Assembly (NCBI GenBank): GCA_023443705.1
Contig: JAEZTD010000250.1
Span: forward strand, 1 to 35,163
Reading direction: 5' to 3'
DNA from: Bacillota bacterium
GTDB lineage: Bacteria > Bacillota > Clostridia > Christensenellales > Aristaeellaceae
Length of the DNA stretch: 35,163 nucleotides
Both the position numbers and the translations under genes were made by a program. The notes beneath the pieces are model-generated. The model was given only the letters and a program-made list of their open reading frames with translations. It ran no database searches and was not told where the DNA came from. This document shows, piece after piece, positions 24,709-31,694 of the stretch (its first letter is position 1; each line of letters starts with the position of its first letter).

Positions 24709-25012
24709 TACGAAGTTGAACATTCTGGATTACTTTGATTCGCTTACATGGCGGGAGGTGCCTGACCTCAAGGCGCTTCGCGAGATGTTGCGCGGATGCA
24801 CCATCGAAGAAACTGAACAAGCTTGTACGGAGTTCGATGACGAGCAGGGCATCCCACTCTATGCAGCGTTGTTTTTGAAGGTTGCCGCTCCTGACGGTCG
24901 GCGTATTGCGGTTCAACTCCTTGCAGAAGACCCCATTGGGCTTTCGGGTTGGCTCGTTGCTTCGGTCGCTGATATAGGCAATCAGAGCGGCGAAGGAACG
25001 CCCCCTTCCTGA
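24695..25012 (+). CDS. hypothetical acidic protein (105 aa)
   Basis: AGGAGG lies 9 nt upstream of the ATG at 24695. A diverged, truncated counterpart appears to exist at about 20230-20404, just before R1a. Confidence 0.55.
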   Translation: MRQIDTKLNILDYFDSLTWREVPDLKALREMLRGCTIEETEQACTEFDDEQGIPLYAALFLKVAAPDGRRIAVQLLAEDPIGLSGWLVASVADIGNQSGEGTPPS

Positions 25013-25029
25013 TACACGCCCCAGCCCGC

Positions 25030-25130
25030 AAAACGGCTCTGTGCGGCTCACAAACGCTCTCAAACGAAAATACAAGGACAGTCTCTTGTGGGCGTCATTT
25101 CGATGGCGTCCACGCTCATGTTATTGGGCA
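25030..25130. repeat. conserved block R1, copy b
   Basis: It aligns with 20428-20527. It retains the GTG start and first ~13 codons of the 92-aa membrane-protein frame (VGVISMASTLMLLG), then diverges and stops at 25175-25177. Confidence 0.8.
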
Positions 25131-25336
25131 ATAAGAATTACATACAGAATAACCGGCAAAGTGAGCCAAGCCCTTGACAACGGCACGGAAAAGCAGTACA
25201 TTTGAACTGATAACTATATGCACAGATTTGGTTAACTTGATGAAAATCCAAATGGCAGACCGCCTCTAAGTAGACTTAGAAGCTGAATGATGTGTTTTAC
25301 TCCGTGCAAGGTGCGTTGAACATTGGAGGAATAACA

Positions 25337-26287
25337 ATGTGCTATTTGCGAAAGGTCATTACTGGTTTCGCTTTCCTTGCCGCGCTTATTTTCCCTTTTG
25401 TTTCCTTTGGCGATAGTATTCTCATTCCTGTAGATTTGGGATGCACGCCAAATCAAATGCTTGAATATATATATAGTCATTCGGACTGTGACGCTGTGAA
25501 GTTGAGTGAGTATGATTTTCATGTTGATGTGAGAGGCGAATCTGGACACTCGATAATGGCTTTAAAGAACGGCTTTTTTCAGGCATATATGATTAATGAG
25601 AAGACGAAAAACATCCATACGTTGAATATTGGTTTCGATAAAGAAGCGGACGTTGATAAGATAACGGCTTCTGCCAACATTTTCATGGATACGGTAAGGA
25701 TTGTTATGGAGAGGATCGGGAGATTGTCCGATTATTCATCTCTCGTTGACAGGATCGGAACTGAGAATATAAACTCATATTTCACCGATATTCAGACAAG
25801 CGTTTCGTACAACGGTGTCACTTATATTTTTGGTTCGGACATAAAAAGTGTGTCGCTGTTTGTGAGCGTGGATGATATAGATTCAGCGAAAATGAGTGTG
25901 GACAATGAAGTTGATTGGCAAGACGCAAGGACAGTATTAGCGGCAATGGAGAAAACCGGTGAAATTTCAGCGGGAGGAAAGAAAATCTATAATAAGTACA
26001 CCGACATAGTAGATAAAACAATAAGCGGAGGATCCGATATCTATTTCTATGATAAATTCACAGGCGAACACGCATATAACCGAATTACCGTTTATTACAG
26101 TACTGCAAGAGCTATTGAGGTTGAAAATAGCATCAATAGCCTATCGTACTATTTCCCTGAAACGATGCCAAGGTGTTATAGATTTAAAAATTGTGTACTC
26201 GTGTTGTCTTCAGAAATTGGCTCATATATGGAGCTGAAATATGCCGTTGCCTTTTATAAGGCTTTCCAAACACAGCAAGATAACTAA
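25337..26287 (+). CDS. secreted hypothetical protein (316 aa), AT-rich cargo gene
   Basis: GGAGG lies 7 nt before the ATG at 25337. The signal peptide is MCYLRKVITGFAFLAALIFPFVSFG. This is the most AT-rich long ORF in the window. No family was recognised. Confidence 0.7.
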   Translation: MCYLRKVITGFAFLAALIFPFVSFGDSILIPVDLGCTPNQMLEYIYSHSDCDAVKLSEYDFHVDVRGESGHSIMALKNGFFQAYMINEKTKNIHTLNIGFDKEADVDKITASANIFMDTVRIVMERIGRLSDYSSLVDRIGTENINSYFTDIQTSVSYNGVTYIFGSDIKSVSLFVSVDDIDSAKMSVDNEVDWQDARTVLAAMEKTGEISAGGKKIYNKYTDIVDKTISGGSDIYFYDKFTGEHAYNRITVYYSTARAIEVENSINSLSYYFPETMPRCYRFKNCVLVLSSEIGSYMELKYAVAFYKAFQTQQDN

Positions 26288-26434
26288 TCCAATTTACCCC
26301 CAGGTTCTGCGGCTCTCATCGGATAAGACTATTAATGTCGATCTTTCAAACACCTCCAGCCGTTTGCCGGGCGTTTGGACGGACGCAGACTGATTGTCCA
26401 CAGTTTAGGTCGAATTAATGCGGATGGGAAAGGC

Positions 26435-26528
26435 GGGGTTTCCTCCTTCCTTGTTCCGTTCCCCACAGAGAGGGGGGAGCATGCCTCATATCGGCACTTA
26501 ATGAGAATGATTCCTATTTACGCACAAA
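26435..26528. repeat. conserved block R2, copy b
   Basis: It aligns with 20785-20886. It includes a small hairpin with one compensatory change: CCCT/AGGG in copy a versus CCCC/GGGG in copy b. Confidence 0.7.
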
Positions 26529-26562
26529 GGCCCACCATGCAGGCGGCTATTCTTATTCCATG

Positions 26563-26585
26563 CATCTAGTTTTAGAAACTAGATG
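26563..26585. terminator. perfect 10-bp inverted repeat between convergent cargo genes (bidirectional terminator or operator)
   Basis: The sequence is CATCTAGTTT-tag-AAACTAGATG. Confidence 0.45.
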
Positions 26586-26701
26586 GAGCTGGGGCTGCTG
26601 TTGGCTCTATTTGCGAACAAGAAGCACTTGAGTATGTACAATTTATTGAGCTGTTTCCCCGAACAGCCGCGGCGTGTGACCTTCCTGAAATTGCTGGAGG
26701 C

Positions 26702-27112
26702 TTATTCCCCGGAGCCCAAGCGCTCGTCCTTTGCTTTCAGAGCTGTCCCTATTTGAATTATATCATTGTCAACACAAAGCAAGCCGTTTTCTAGGTTGTA
26801 GTAAACGGTGCGAGGGTTGTTGGGGCCCAAGAAAATAAAGTCGTTTGGGCCTTCTGATTGTGTCATAGGCTTGAGTGTGACGCGAAGTTCGACGCCAATA
26901 CATCTGAAATCTGATTGGAGTACTCTGTTATACCTTTCTAAGCATTCTGTCGCAATTCTTTTGCAGTCCTCCTCATTCGGTAATTGATCGGCATTTATAA
27001 GCGTATCATCGTAAAAATATGCCATTGTTCCCCACGAATCGCGGTTGTTATCAAAAATGTCAATCCTTACATTCCATAGATCTCTTTCCTTGCTACTTAG
27101 TGGCTTTATCAT
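26702..27112 (-). CDS. hypothetical protein (136 aa) co-transcribed with the XRE regulator
   Basis: GGAGGAG lies 6 nt before the ATG at 27110-27112. The start overlaps the last 20 nt of the XRE gene. No family or catalytic motif was recognised. Confidence 0.65.
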   Translation of the reverse strand: MIKPLSSKERDLWNVRIDIFDNNRDSWGTMAYFYDDTLINADQLPNEEDCKRIATECLERYNRVLQSDFRCIGVELRVTLKPMTQSEGPNDFIFLGPNNPRTVYYNLENGLLCVDNDIIQIGTALKAKDERLGSGE

Positions 27113-27329
27113 GATCTTCTCCTCCATCTTCCACGTACTCCATGATATCGCCTGGTTGACAGCCAAGTGCGCGACACAGGTTGTTGATCGTACGTGTATC
27201 CACATATCCTTCATTTTTCATAAGCTTCGCATAAGTGGCCTGACCCACTAGACCGGCTTTCCGGATTTTAATGTTAGTCCATCCTTGTGCGCGTAGCAAT
27301 TCATGTAGCTTATTAAATACAATAGCCAT
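27093..27329 (-). CDS. XRE-family (Cro/CI-type) helix-turn-helix regulator
   Basis: In this 78-aa protein, ..IRKAGLVGQATYAKLMKNEGYVDTRTINNLCRALGCQPGDIMEY is a typical short XRE HTH. GGAGGATAAAA precedes the ATG. Confidence 0.85.
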   Translation of the reverse strand: MAIVFNKLHELLRAQGWTNIKIRKAGLVGQATYAKLMKNEGYVDTRTINNLCRALGCQPGDIMEYVEDGGEDHDKATK

Positions 27330-27361
27330 TTTTATCCTCCGTCATCGTTCTTTCCCTCAAC

Positions 27362-27390
27362 AGTATAACAGAAAGCGCACACCATGTCTA
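27362..27390 (-). promoter_or_regulatory. candidate promoter of the XRE/136-aa operon
   Basis: On the minus strand: TAGACA (27385-27390), 17-nt spacer, TATACT (27362-27367). Confidence 0.45.
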
Positions 27391-27432
27391 GTGCAATAGC
27401 CCCACATGCAATACACTAAAGATTGTGCAATT
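27391..27432. promoter_or_regulatory. three direct RTGCAATW repeats between the divergent promoters (candidate XRE operators)
   Basis: GTGCAATA is at 27391-27398, ATGCAATA at 27406-27413 and GTGCAATT at 27425-27432. Confidence 0.45.
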
Positions 27433-27440
27433 ATCCGGTA

Positions 27441-27469
27441 TTGAGATTACACTAGATATGGTGTATAAT
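27441..27469 (+). promoter_or_regulatory. strong sigma-A-type promoter with extended -10, driving the 89-aa/101-aa genes
   Basis: TTGAGA (27441-27446), 17-nt spacer ending in TGT, then TATAAT (27464-27469). Confidence 0.55.
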
Positions 27470-27597
27470 GTTGACGGAGGTTGAGGGAAGCACACAAGAA
27501 GCCCAACGGGAACCGGATGCGAAAGGCAGTGCCAATAAGCCCGAGTAAGCAGAAGCCGCCCCGCCCCAACCGATCAACACGAAGGAGGTTTTCAACA

Positions 27598-27867
27598 GTG
27601 TCACAGCATGAGATCGTCGCCACTGTCACCGAGCTTCAGGAGTTGCGCCGGATGCAGGAAGAACTGGAGGCCGCTATCGAGGCCGCACAGGACAAGATCA
27701 AGGCCCACATGGGCGAGGTCGAGGAACTGACCGCCGGGGGGTTCAAAGTCACATGGAAGGCCGTCACCAGCAACCGCCTGGACGCCACCGCATTGAAAAA
27801 GGCCCTGCCGGAAGTGGCGGAGCGGTTCACCAAGACCACCACCGCGCGGCGCTTCATGGTAGCGTAA
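27598..27867 (+). CDS. hypothetical coiled-coil protein (89 aa)
   Basis: GAAGGAGG lies 9 nt before the GTG at 27598. The sequence TELQELRRMQEELEAAIEAAQDKIKAHMG...ALKKALPEVAERFTK looks like small proteins I recall from clostridial mobile elements; this is unverified. Confidence 0.6.
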   Translation: MSQHEIVATVTELQELRRMQEELEAAIEAAQDKIKAHMGEVEELTAGGFKVTWKAVTSNRLDATALKKALPEVAERFTKTTTARRFMVA

Positions 27868-27987
27868 AAGCCGCCCACCTTCCACAGCGACGGCTTTCGC
27901 AGGAACTTACCAACCGAATCGGCTGGAGGCTCACACAGAGTATAGCGCGGGGCCTCCAGCCGGTCAAGTACGAAAGGAGAGGTTTTC

Positions 27988-28293
27988 ATGAAACTGAATC
28001 CCGTCAACACGTCGAACCTCGTGTATGTTCTTCGAGATGCCCTTCTGTACCACAGCGTGTATTGCGCTCGCCCGGAAGACGTGGAAACGCCGGATAAAGC
28101 AATCTGCAGAACCGAAAAAGCCTGCAGCGAGATCATGAAGCGGGTCGAGTGCGCCGATTTGCAGGAGGAAATTGAAAACGCATACGCGGAGTGTCTTGCA
28201 GCTTATGAATGCTCCGGCTTTCAGCGTGGTATCCAGGCGGGGGCGCAGCTCATGCTTGAACTGCTAGGTAAGGGACCGTACAAGGAAGGCTAA
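27988..28293 (+). CDS. hypothetical protein (101 aa)
   Basis: AAGGAGAGG lies before the ATG at 27988. A terminator follows the stop. Confidence 0.6.
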   Translation: MKLNPVNTSNLVYVLRDALLYHSVYCARPEDVETPDKAICRTEKACSEIMKRVECADLQEEIENAYAECLAAYECSGFQRGIQAGAQLMLELLGKGPYKEG

Positions 28294-28315
28294 GCCACCG
28301 GAACCGAGCCGACAG

Positions 28316-28340
28316 CGGGGCGTAGATCGCCCCGTTTTTC
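28316..28340 (+). terminator. Rho-independent terminator of the 89/101-aa operon
   Basis: CGGGGCG-tagat-CGCCCCG is followed by TTTTTC. Confidence 0.75.
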
Positions 28341-28358
28341 TATGCTCAAAACCGGGGA

Positions 28359-28497
28359 AAAGTGGTCATTTTGAAGCTGGTTGTGGTATTTATTGTGGTC
28401 AAGCGCGGCTGGGGAGAATCGGTCAGATAGTGTGTTTTGTGCAAGGAGAACAAAGAAAGCTCGAATACAAAGCGAAAACCCACCGTGTTTTGGTGGG
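28359..28497. repeat. tRNA-proximal end block of E1 (paralog of 21614-21752), including arm-type repeats at 28362-28401
   Basis: It aligns with 21614-21752. It contains GTGGTCA (28362-28368), TTGTGGTA (28381-28388) and TTGTGGTCA (28393-28401). Confidence 0.8.
28471..28497 (-). terminator. Rho-independent terminator of tRNA-Ala (unoccupied homolog of the site carrying repeat copy 2)
   Basis: The minus-strand RNA reads CCCACC-aaaacac-GGUGGG followed by UUUUCGCUUU. Confidence 0.75.
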
Positions 28498-28502
28498 TTT
28501 GA

Positions 28503-28578
28503 TGGTGGAGCATAGGGGATTCGAACCCCTGACCTCTACGATGCGAACGTAGCGCGCTACCAGCTGTGCTAATGCCCC
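28503..28578 (-). tRNA. tRNA-Ala (anticodon CGC), CCA encoded
   Basis: The manual cloverleaf is GGGGCAT/ATGCTCC acceptor with G3-U70, anticodon stem CTACG/CGTAG, loop TTCGCAT, and T-arm AGGGG-TTCGAAT-CCCCT. The D-stem has one mismatch. Length is 76 nt. Confidence 0.9.
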
Positions 28579-28620
28579 CTATAAAGCGCTTTGGAAGTGT
28601 TTCTCCCTTGACGCCCGACC

Positions 28621-28649
28621 ATTATAACACGGACGGGGTAAAAACACAA
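28621..28649 (-). promoter_or_regulatory. candidate promoter of tRNA-Ala
   Basis: On the minus strand: TTGTGT (28644-28649), 17-nt spacer with TGT, TATAAT (28621-28626). It lies about 40 nt upstream of the tRNA 5' end. Confidence 0.45.
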
Positions 28650-28775
28650 TGGGGAAATCACAAAAAAATGTTAAGAAATGACGCTTCGGCGCGGCGGGCG
28701 GCGATGGAAAAGGGCATGTGAATATGCCTTGCGCATGTCATATATCTGTGGTTAAATGGTGCCGGGGGTGGGCGA

Positions 28776-29675
28776 TTGCAGATTCACCGGATGCTGGAAA
28801 TCGTATACCTGCTCATGGGCGGGAAGCCGCTGACGGCCGGGTCGCTGGCGCGGCGCTTCGAAGTATCAAACCGCACCATTTACCGGGATGTGGAGGCGCT
28901 TTCCGCCGCGGGTGTCCCGGTGTACATGACCAGGGGGAAGGGCGGCGGCATCGCGCTTTCGCCAGGTTCGTCGCTGCGCGGGGCGATACTGACCGATGGG
29001 GAGAAGGCGGACGTATTGGCCTCCCTCAAGGCGCTGGGCGGTGTGGCGCCCGGCGCGGCGGACGGGGCGCTGAAAAAGCTGAACGCGCTGTTCGGCGGCG
29101 TGGGCGCGGACTGGATCGAGGTGGATTTTTCATCATGGAGTGATCCGAAGGGTGTTTCGGAGGCCTTTTCCCGCCTTAAATCATCGATATTGGGGCATCG
29201 GGTGGTTTCCTTCACCTACGCCGGCGGACGCGGGGAGACCGCGCGCCGAACGGTCGAGCCGCTGAAGCTTTGCTTCAAGGGGCAGGCCTGGTATCTGTAC
29301 GGCTACTGCCGGGATAGGCGGGCTGCGCGTCTTTTCAAGCTCAGCCGCATGCGGGAGATCAAAGCACACGATGAATCATTTTCGCGGGAGGCCCCATCCC
29401 GGGCGCTGGAGGCGGACCCGCTCCCGCAAGGAGAACTGGTGGAAGTCACCCTGAAGGTGCCGGAAGAGATGGCCTTCCGGGTGTATGACGAATTTGAGCG
29501 CCATGAGCACCTGGAAGACGGTTCCTTCCTCGTGCGGGCCATGCTGCCCAAGGGCGAGGGATTTTACCAGTACGTGCTGTCCTTCGGTGAGCGCTGCGAG
29601 GTACTCTCGCCGCCGGAGGCGCGCCTGGAAATCGCCGTAAGGATAGAAAAAATTCTCTCCCGATACAGAATATGA
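28776..29675 (+). CDS. YafY-family transcriptional regulator (HTH plus WYL domain)
   Basis: The HTH reads RMLEIVYLLMGGKPLTAGSLARRFEVSNRTIYRDVEAL. The WYL motif region reads GQAWYLYGYCRDRRAARLFKLSRM. The start is TTG per the track. Confidence 0.85.
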   Translation: MQIHRMLEIVYLLMGGKPLTAGSLARRFEVSNRTIYRDVEALSAAGVPVYMTRGKGGGIALSPGSSLRGAILTDGEKADVLASLKALGGVAPGAADGALKKLNALFGGVGADWIEVDFSSWSDPKGVSEAFSRLKSSILGHRVVSFTYAGGRGETARRTVEPLKLCFKGQAWYLYGYCRDRRAARLFKLSRMREIKAHDESFSREAPSRALEADPLPQGELVEVTLKVPEEMAFRVYDEFERHEHLEDGSFLVRAMLPKGEGFYQYVLSFGERCEVLSPPEARLEIAVRIEKILSRYRI

Positions 29676-29730
29676 CACGATTATGTCATGTATTATGGAC
29701 TATAATGGCGCCATCAGAAGGAGGGATAGC

Positions 29731-30369
29731 ATGGGCAAGCTGCAGTATGTCAAGGCGTTCCCGGAGCTTTACGCGCCGGGCGGCGAACCAAGCGCTTTGG
29801 ACGTGCCGGAGATGGTATTTCTGCAGGTGGACGGCGCGGGAAATCCGAACGAAGAGGATGGCGCGTACGCGAAGGCAATAGAGCTTCTGTACGCGATCGC
29901 CTACACCATCAAGATGTCGCCCAAGGGCGAGCGGACGCCGGAAGGGTATTTTGAGTACGTGGTGCCGCCGTTGGAGAGCCTTTGGTGGTTCGGGGACGGC
30001 GCGATGGATGTTCTGACCGCCGACAAGGACAAATACCACTGGACGGCCATGATCCGCCAGCCGGAATTCGTCACACCGGCGGTGTTCGACTGGGCGGCTT
30101 CGGAGGTTTGGCGCAAGAAGAAGCTGGACGTCGGCCGCGCGCGCCTCGCACCCTTCCGGGAGGGGCTCTGCGTACAGTGCATGCACTTTGGCCCCTATGC
30201 GGACGAGCCGGCCACGGTGGCCCGGATGCATGCTTTCATGGCGGAAAACGGCCTGGTGTCGGACCTGTCGGAGGAACGCAGGCACCACGAAATCTACCTG
30301 GGCGATCCGCGCCGCACAGCGCCGGAAAAGATGCGGACGGTGCTGCGCCACCCGGTCGGGAGGGCGTGA
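29731..30369 (+). CDS. GyrI-like small-molecule-binding domain protein
   Basis: GGAGGG lies 5 nt before the ATG at 29731. FLQVDGAGNPN...ESLWW...FGPYADEPATVARMHAFMAENG...HHEIYLGDPRR is typical of GyrI-like proteins. Confidence 0.8.
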   Translation: MGKLQYVKAFPELYAPGGEPSALDVPEMVFLQVDGAGNPNEEDGAYAKAIELLYAIAYTIKMSPKGERTPEGYFEYVVPPLESLWWFGDGAMDVLTADKDKYHWTAMIRQPEFVTPAVFDWAASEVWRKKKLDVGRARLAPFREGLCVQCMHFGPYADEPATVARMHAFMAENGLVSDLSEERRHHEIYLGDPRRTAPEKMRTVLRHPVGRA

Positions 30370-31125
30370 TGCAGATCATCGAGGTAAACCGGGAGAACAT
30401 CGACCGCGAGCACGTCTGCTTCGCGCTGTCGGGCTGATCGGACGCCTGCGCAAACGCCAAGAAGTCCTGGATGAAAGCGCGGTTTGACGATGGGCTTACG
30501 TTCCGACGGCTCGACGCCCGCGGCAAGGTGATGATCGAGTACATGCCGGCCGAGACGGCCTGGTACCCCGTCGAAGCGGACGGCTATATGCACATCGATT
30601 GCTTCTGGGTGTCCGGGCAGTACAAGGGGCGGGGGTGGGCCAATAGGCTGCTGGATGAATGCATCGCGGACGAAAAGGGGAAGGGGGATATCGGCCTCAC
30701 TGCAATTTCATCAGCGAATAAGCGGCCTTTTCTGCCAGACGGCGGCTTTCTGCGCCACCGTGTTTTCGGGTGGCGGATACCGCCAGGCCGTATTTTGAAC
30801 TTCTGTACCTGCCGTTTACAGAAAGTGCGCCGGTTCCGCGCTTTGCCGACTGCGCAAAGGATGGCGTGACGGATGTGCCGGGGCTCGCGCTCTACTACAG
30901 CGACCAGTGTCCGAACGCGGAGAAATACGCCCGGCTGATTCAGGAAGCGGCGTCGAGGCACGGGCGAGATCTTCGGCTCGTCAAGCTGGAATCGGCGGGG
31001 CAAGCTCGACGCGCGCCGTCGCCGTTTACCACCTACAGCCTTTTTTGGACGGGTGCTTTGTCACGAACGAGATCCTGAGCGAAAAGAAGTTTGAAAAACT
31101 GCTGGAGGAACGCGGCCTTTTGTAG
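30369..31125 (+). pseudogene. YoaP-like GNAT N-acetyltransferase, disrupted (one in-frame TGA and two -1 frameshifts)
   Basis: Four track ORFs splice into MQIIEVNRENIDREHVCFALSG*SDACANAKKSWMKARFDDGL...VADTARPYFELLYLPF...APSPFTTYSLF/LDGCFVTNEILSEKKFEKLL. The lesions are a TGA at 30435-30437, a frame change near 30760-30770, and a T6 run at 31041-31046. Confidence 0.75.
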
Positions 31126-31195
31126 CCAAGATACTTGAACACGAACTGCGGTCAAGCACCACGCTGCATCGGGATGCGCTTTCCGGATTCGGTTA

Positions 31196-31582
31196 TTAGG
31201 CTTCGGTCCGGGCCTTCAGATAGGTCTCGTACTGCCTTGAATAGCAGTCGATCTTGCAGGCCACCTTTTCGAGGTGCCTGTGCATTTCCTCAATCTGCGC
31301 TTCGACGCTTTTCTTGTGCTCGTGGAGCATCTCGCAGCGCTCCTTCAGCGTGCCGTCGCCCTGAGCGCTCAGGTCCACAAATTCCTTGATCTGCTTGATG
31401 GACATGCCGGTATTCTTCAGGCACACAATCAGCCCAATCCACTCAAGATCCTCCGAGTCGTAGCGGCGAATGCCGCTCCGGCTCCTTCTGACGCTCGGGA
31501 GCAGCCCCTCTTTTTCATAAAACCTGAGCACCGTGGGCCGCAGCTGCATCTTTTCGGATACCTGATGGATGGAGTACTCCAT
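31196..31582 (-). CDS. MerR-family transcriptional regulator
   Basis: The N-terminal HTH reads YSIHQVSEKMQLRPTVLRFYEKEGLLPSVRRSRSGIRRY and is followed by a coiled-coil dimerisation helix. Confidence 0.85.
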   Translation of the reverse strand: MEYSIHQVSEKMQLRPTVLRFYEKEGLLPSVRRSRSGIRRYDSEDLEWIGLIVCLKNTGMSIKQIKEFVDLSAQGDGTLKERCEMLHEHKKSVEAQIEEMHRHLEKVACKIDCYSRQYETYLKARTEA

Positions 31583-31609
31583 GTTAACGCCTCTTTTACA
31601 CTCAAACTA

Positions 31610-31640
31610 TTGACTTAAAGTGAACTTGAACCTTTATAAT
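31610..31640 (+). promoter_or_regulatory. MerR-type promoter with a 19-nt spacer in front of the aldo/keto reductase gene
   Basis: TTGACT (31610-31615), 19-nt spacer (TAAAGTGAACTTGAACCTT, with a TAAAG...CTTTA dyad), TATAAT (31635-31640). It is divergent from the merR-family gene. Confidence 0.5.
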
Positions 31641-31694
31641 GACATTGTAACAGGCGCAGTATGCGCCGTCAATGATTATTTAGGAGGTGCGTCC

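Larger units (their letters stand above)
22034..28502. mobile_element. ~6.5-kb tyrosine-integrase integrative element (E1) inserted in the 3' half of tRNA-Ala(CGC)
   Basis: It is bounded by the full tRNA (28503-28578) and its 3'-fragment repeat (21984-22033). The integrase sits at the distal end and TTGTGGT(C)A arm-type repeats lie inside both ends. Composition is visibly lower in GC than the flanks. Confidence 0.75.

Noticed and set aside
30435-30437. Two in-frame TGA codons (here and at 21155-21157) could indicate stop-codon reassignment or selenocysteine.
   Set aside because: TGA clearly terminates several well-supported genes in this window (uxaB, uxaC, EamA, the GyrI-like gene), with overlap-coupled downstream starts. 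The YoaP position does not align with a Cys in the homologs I recall. No SECIS-like hairpin is obvious. Both genes carry other signs of decay.
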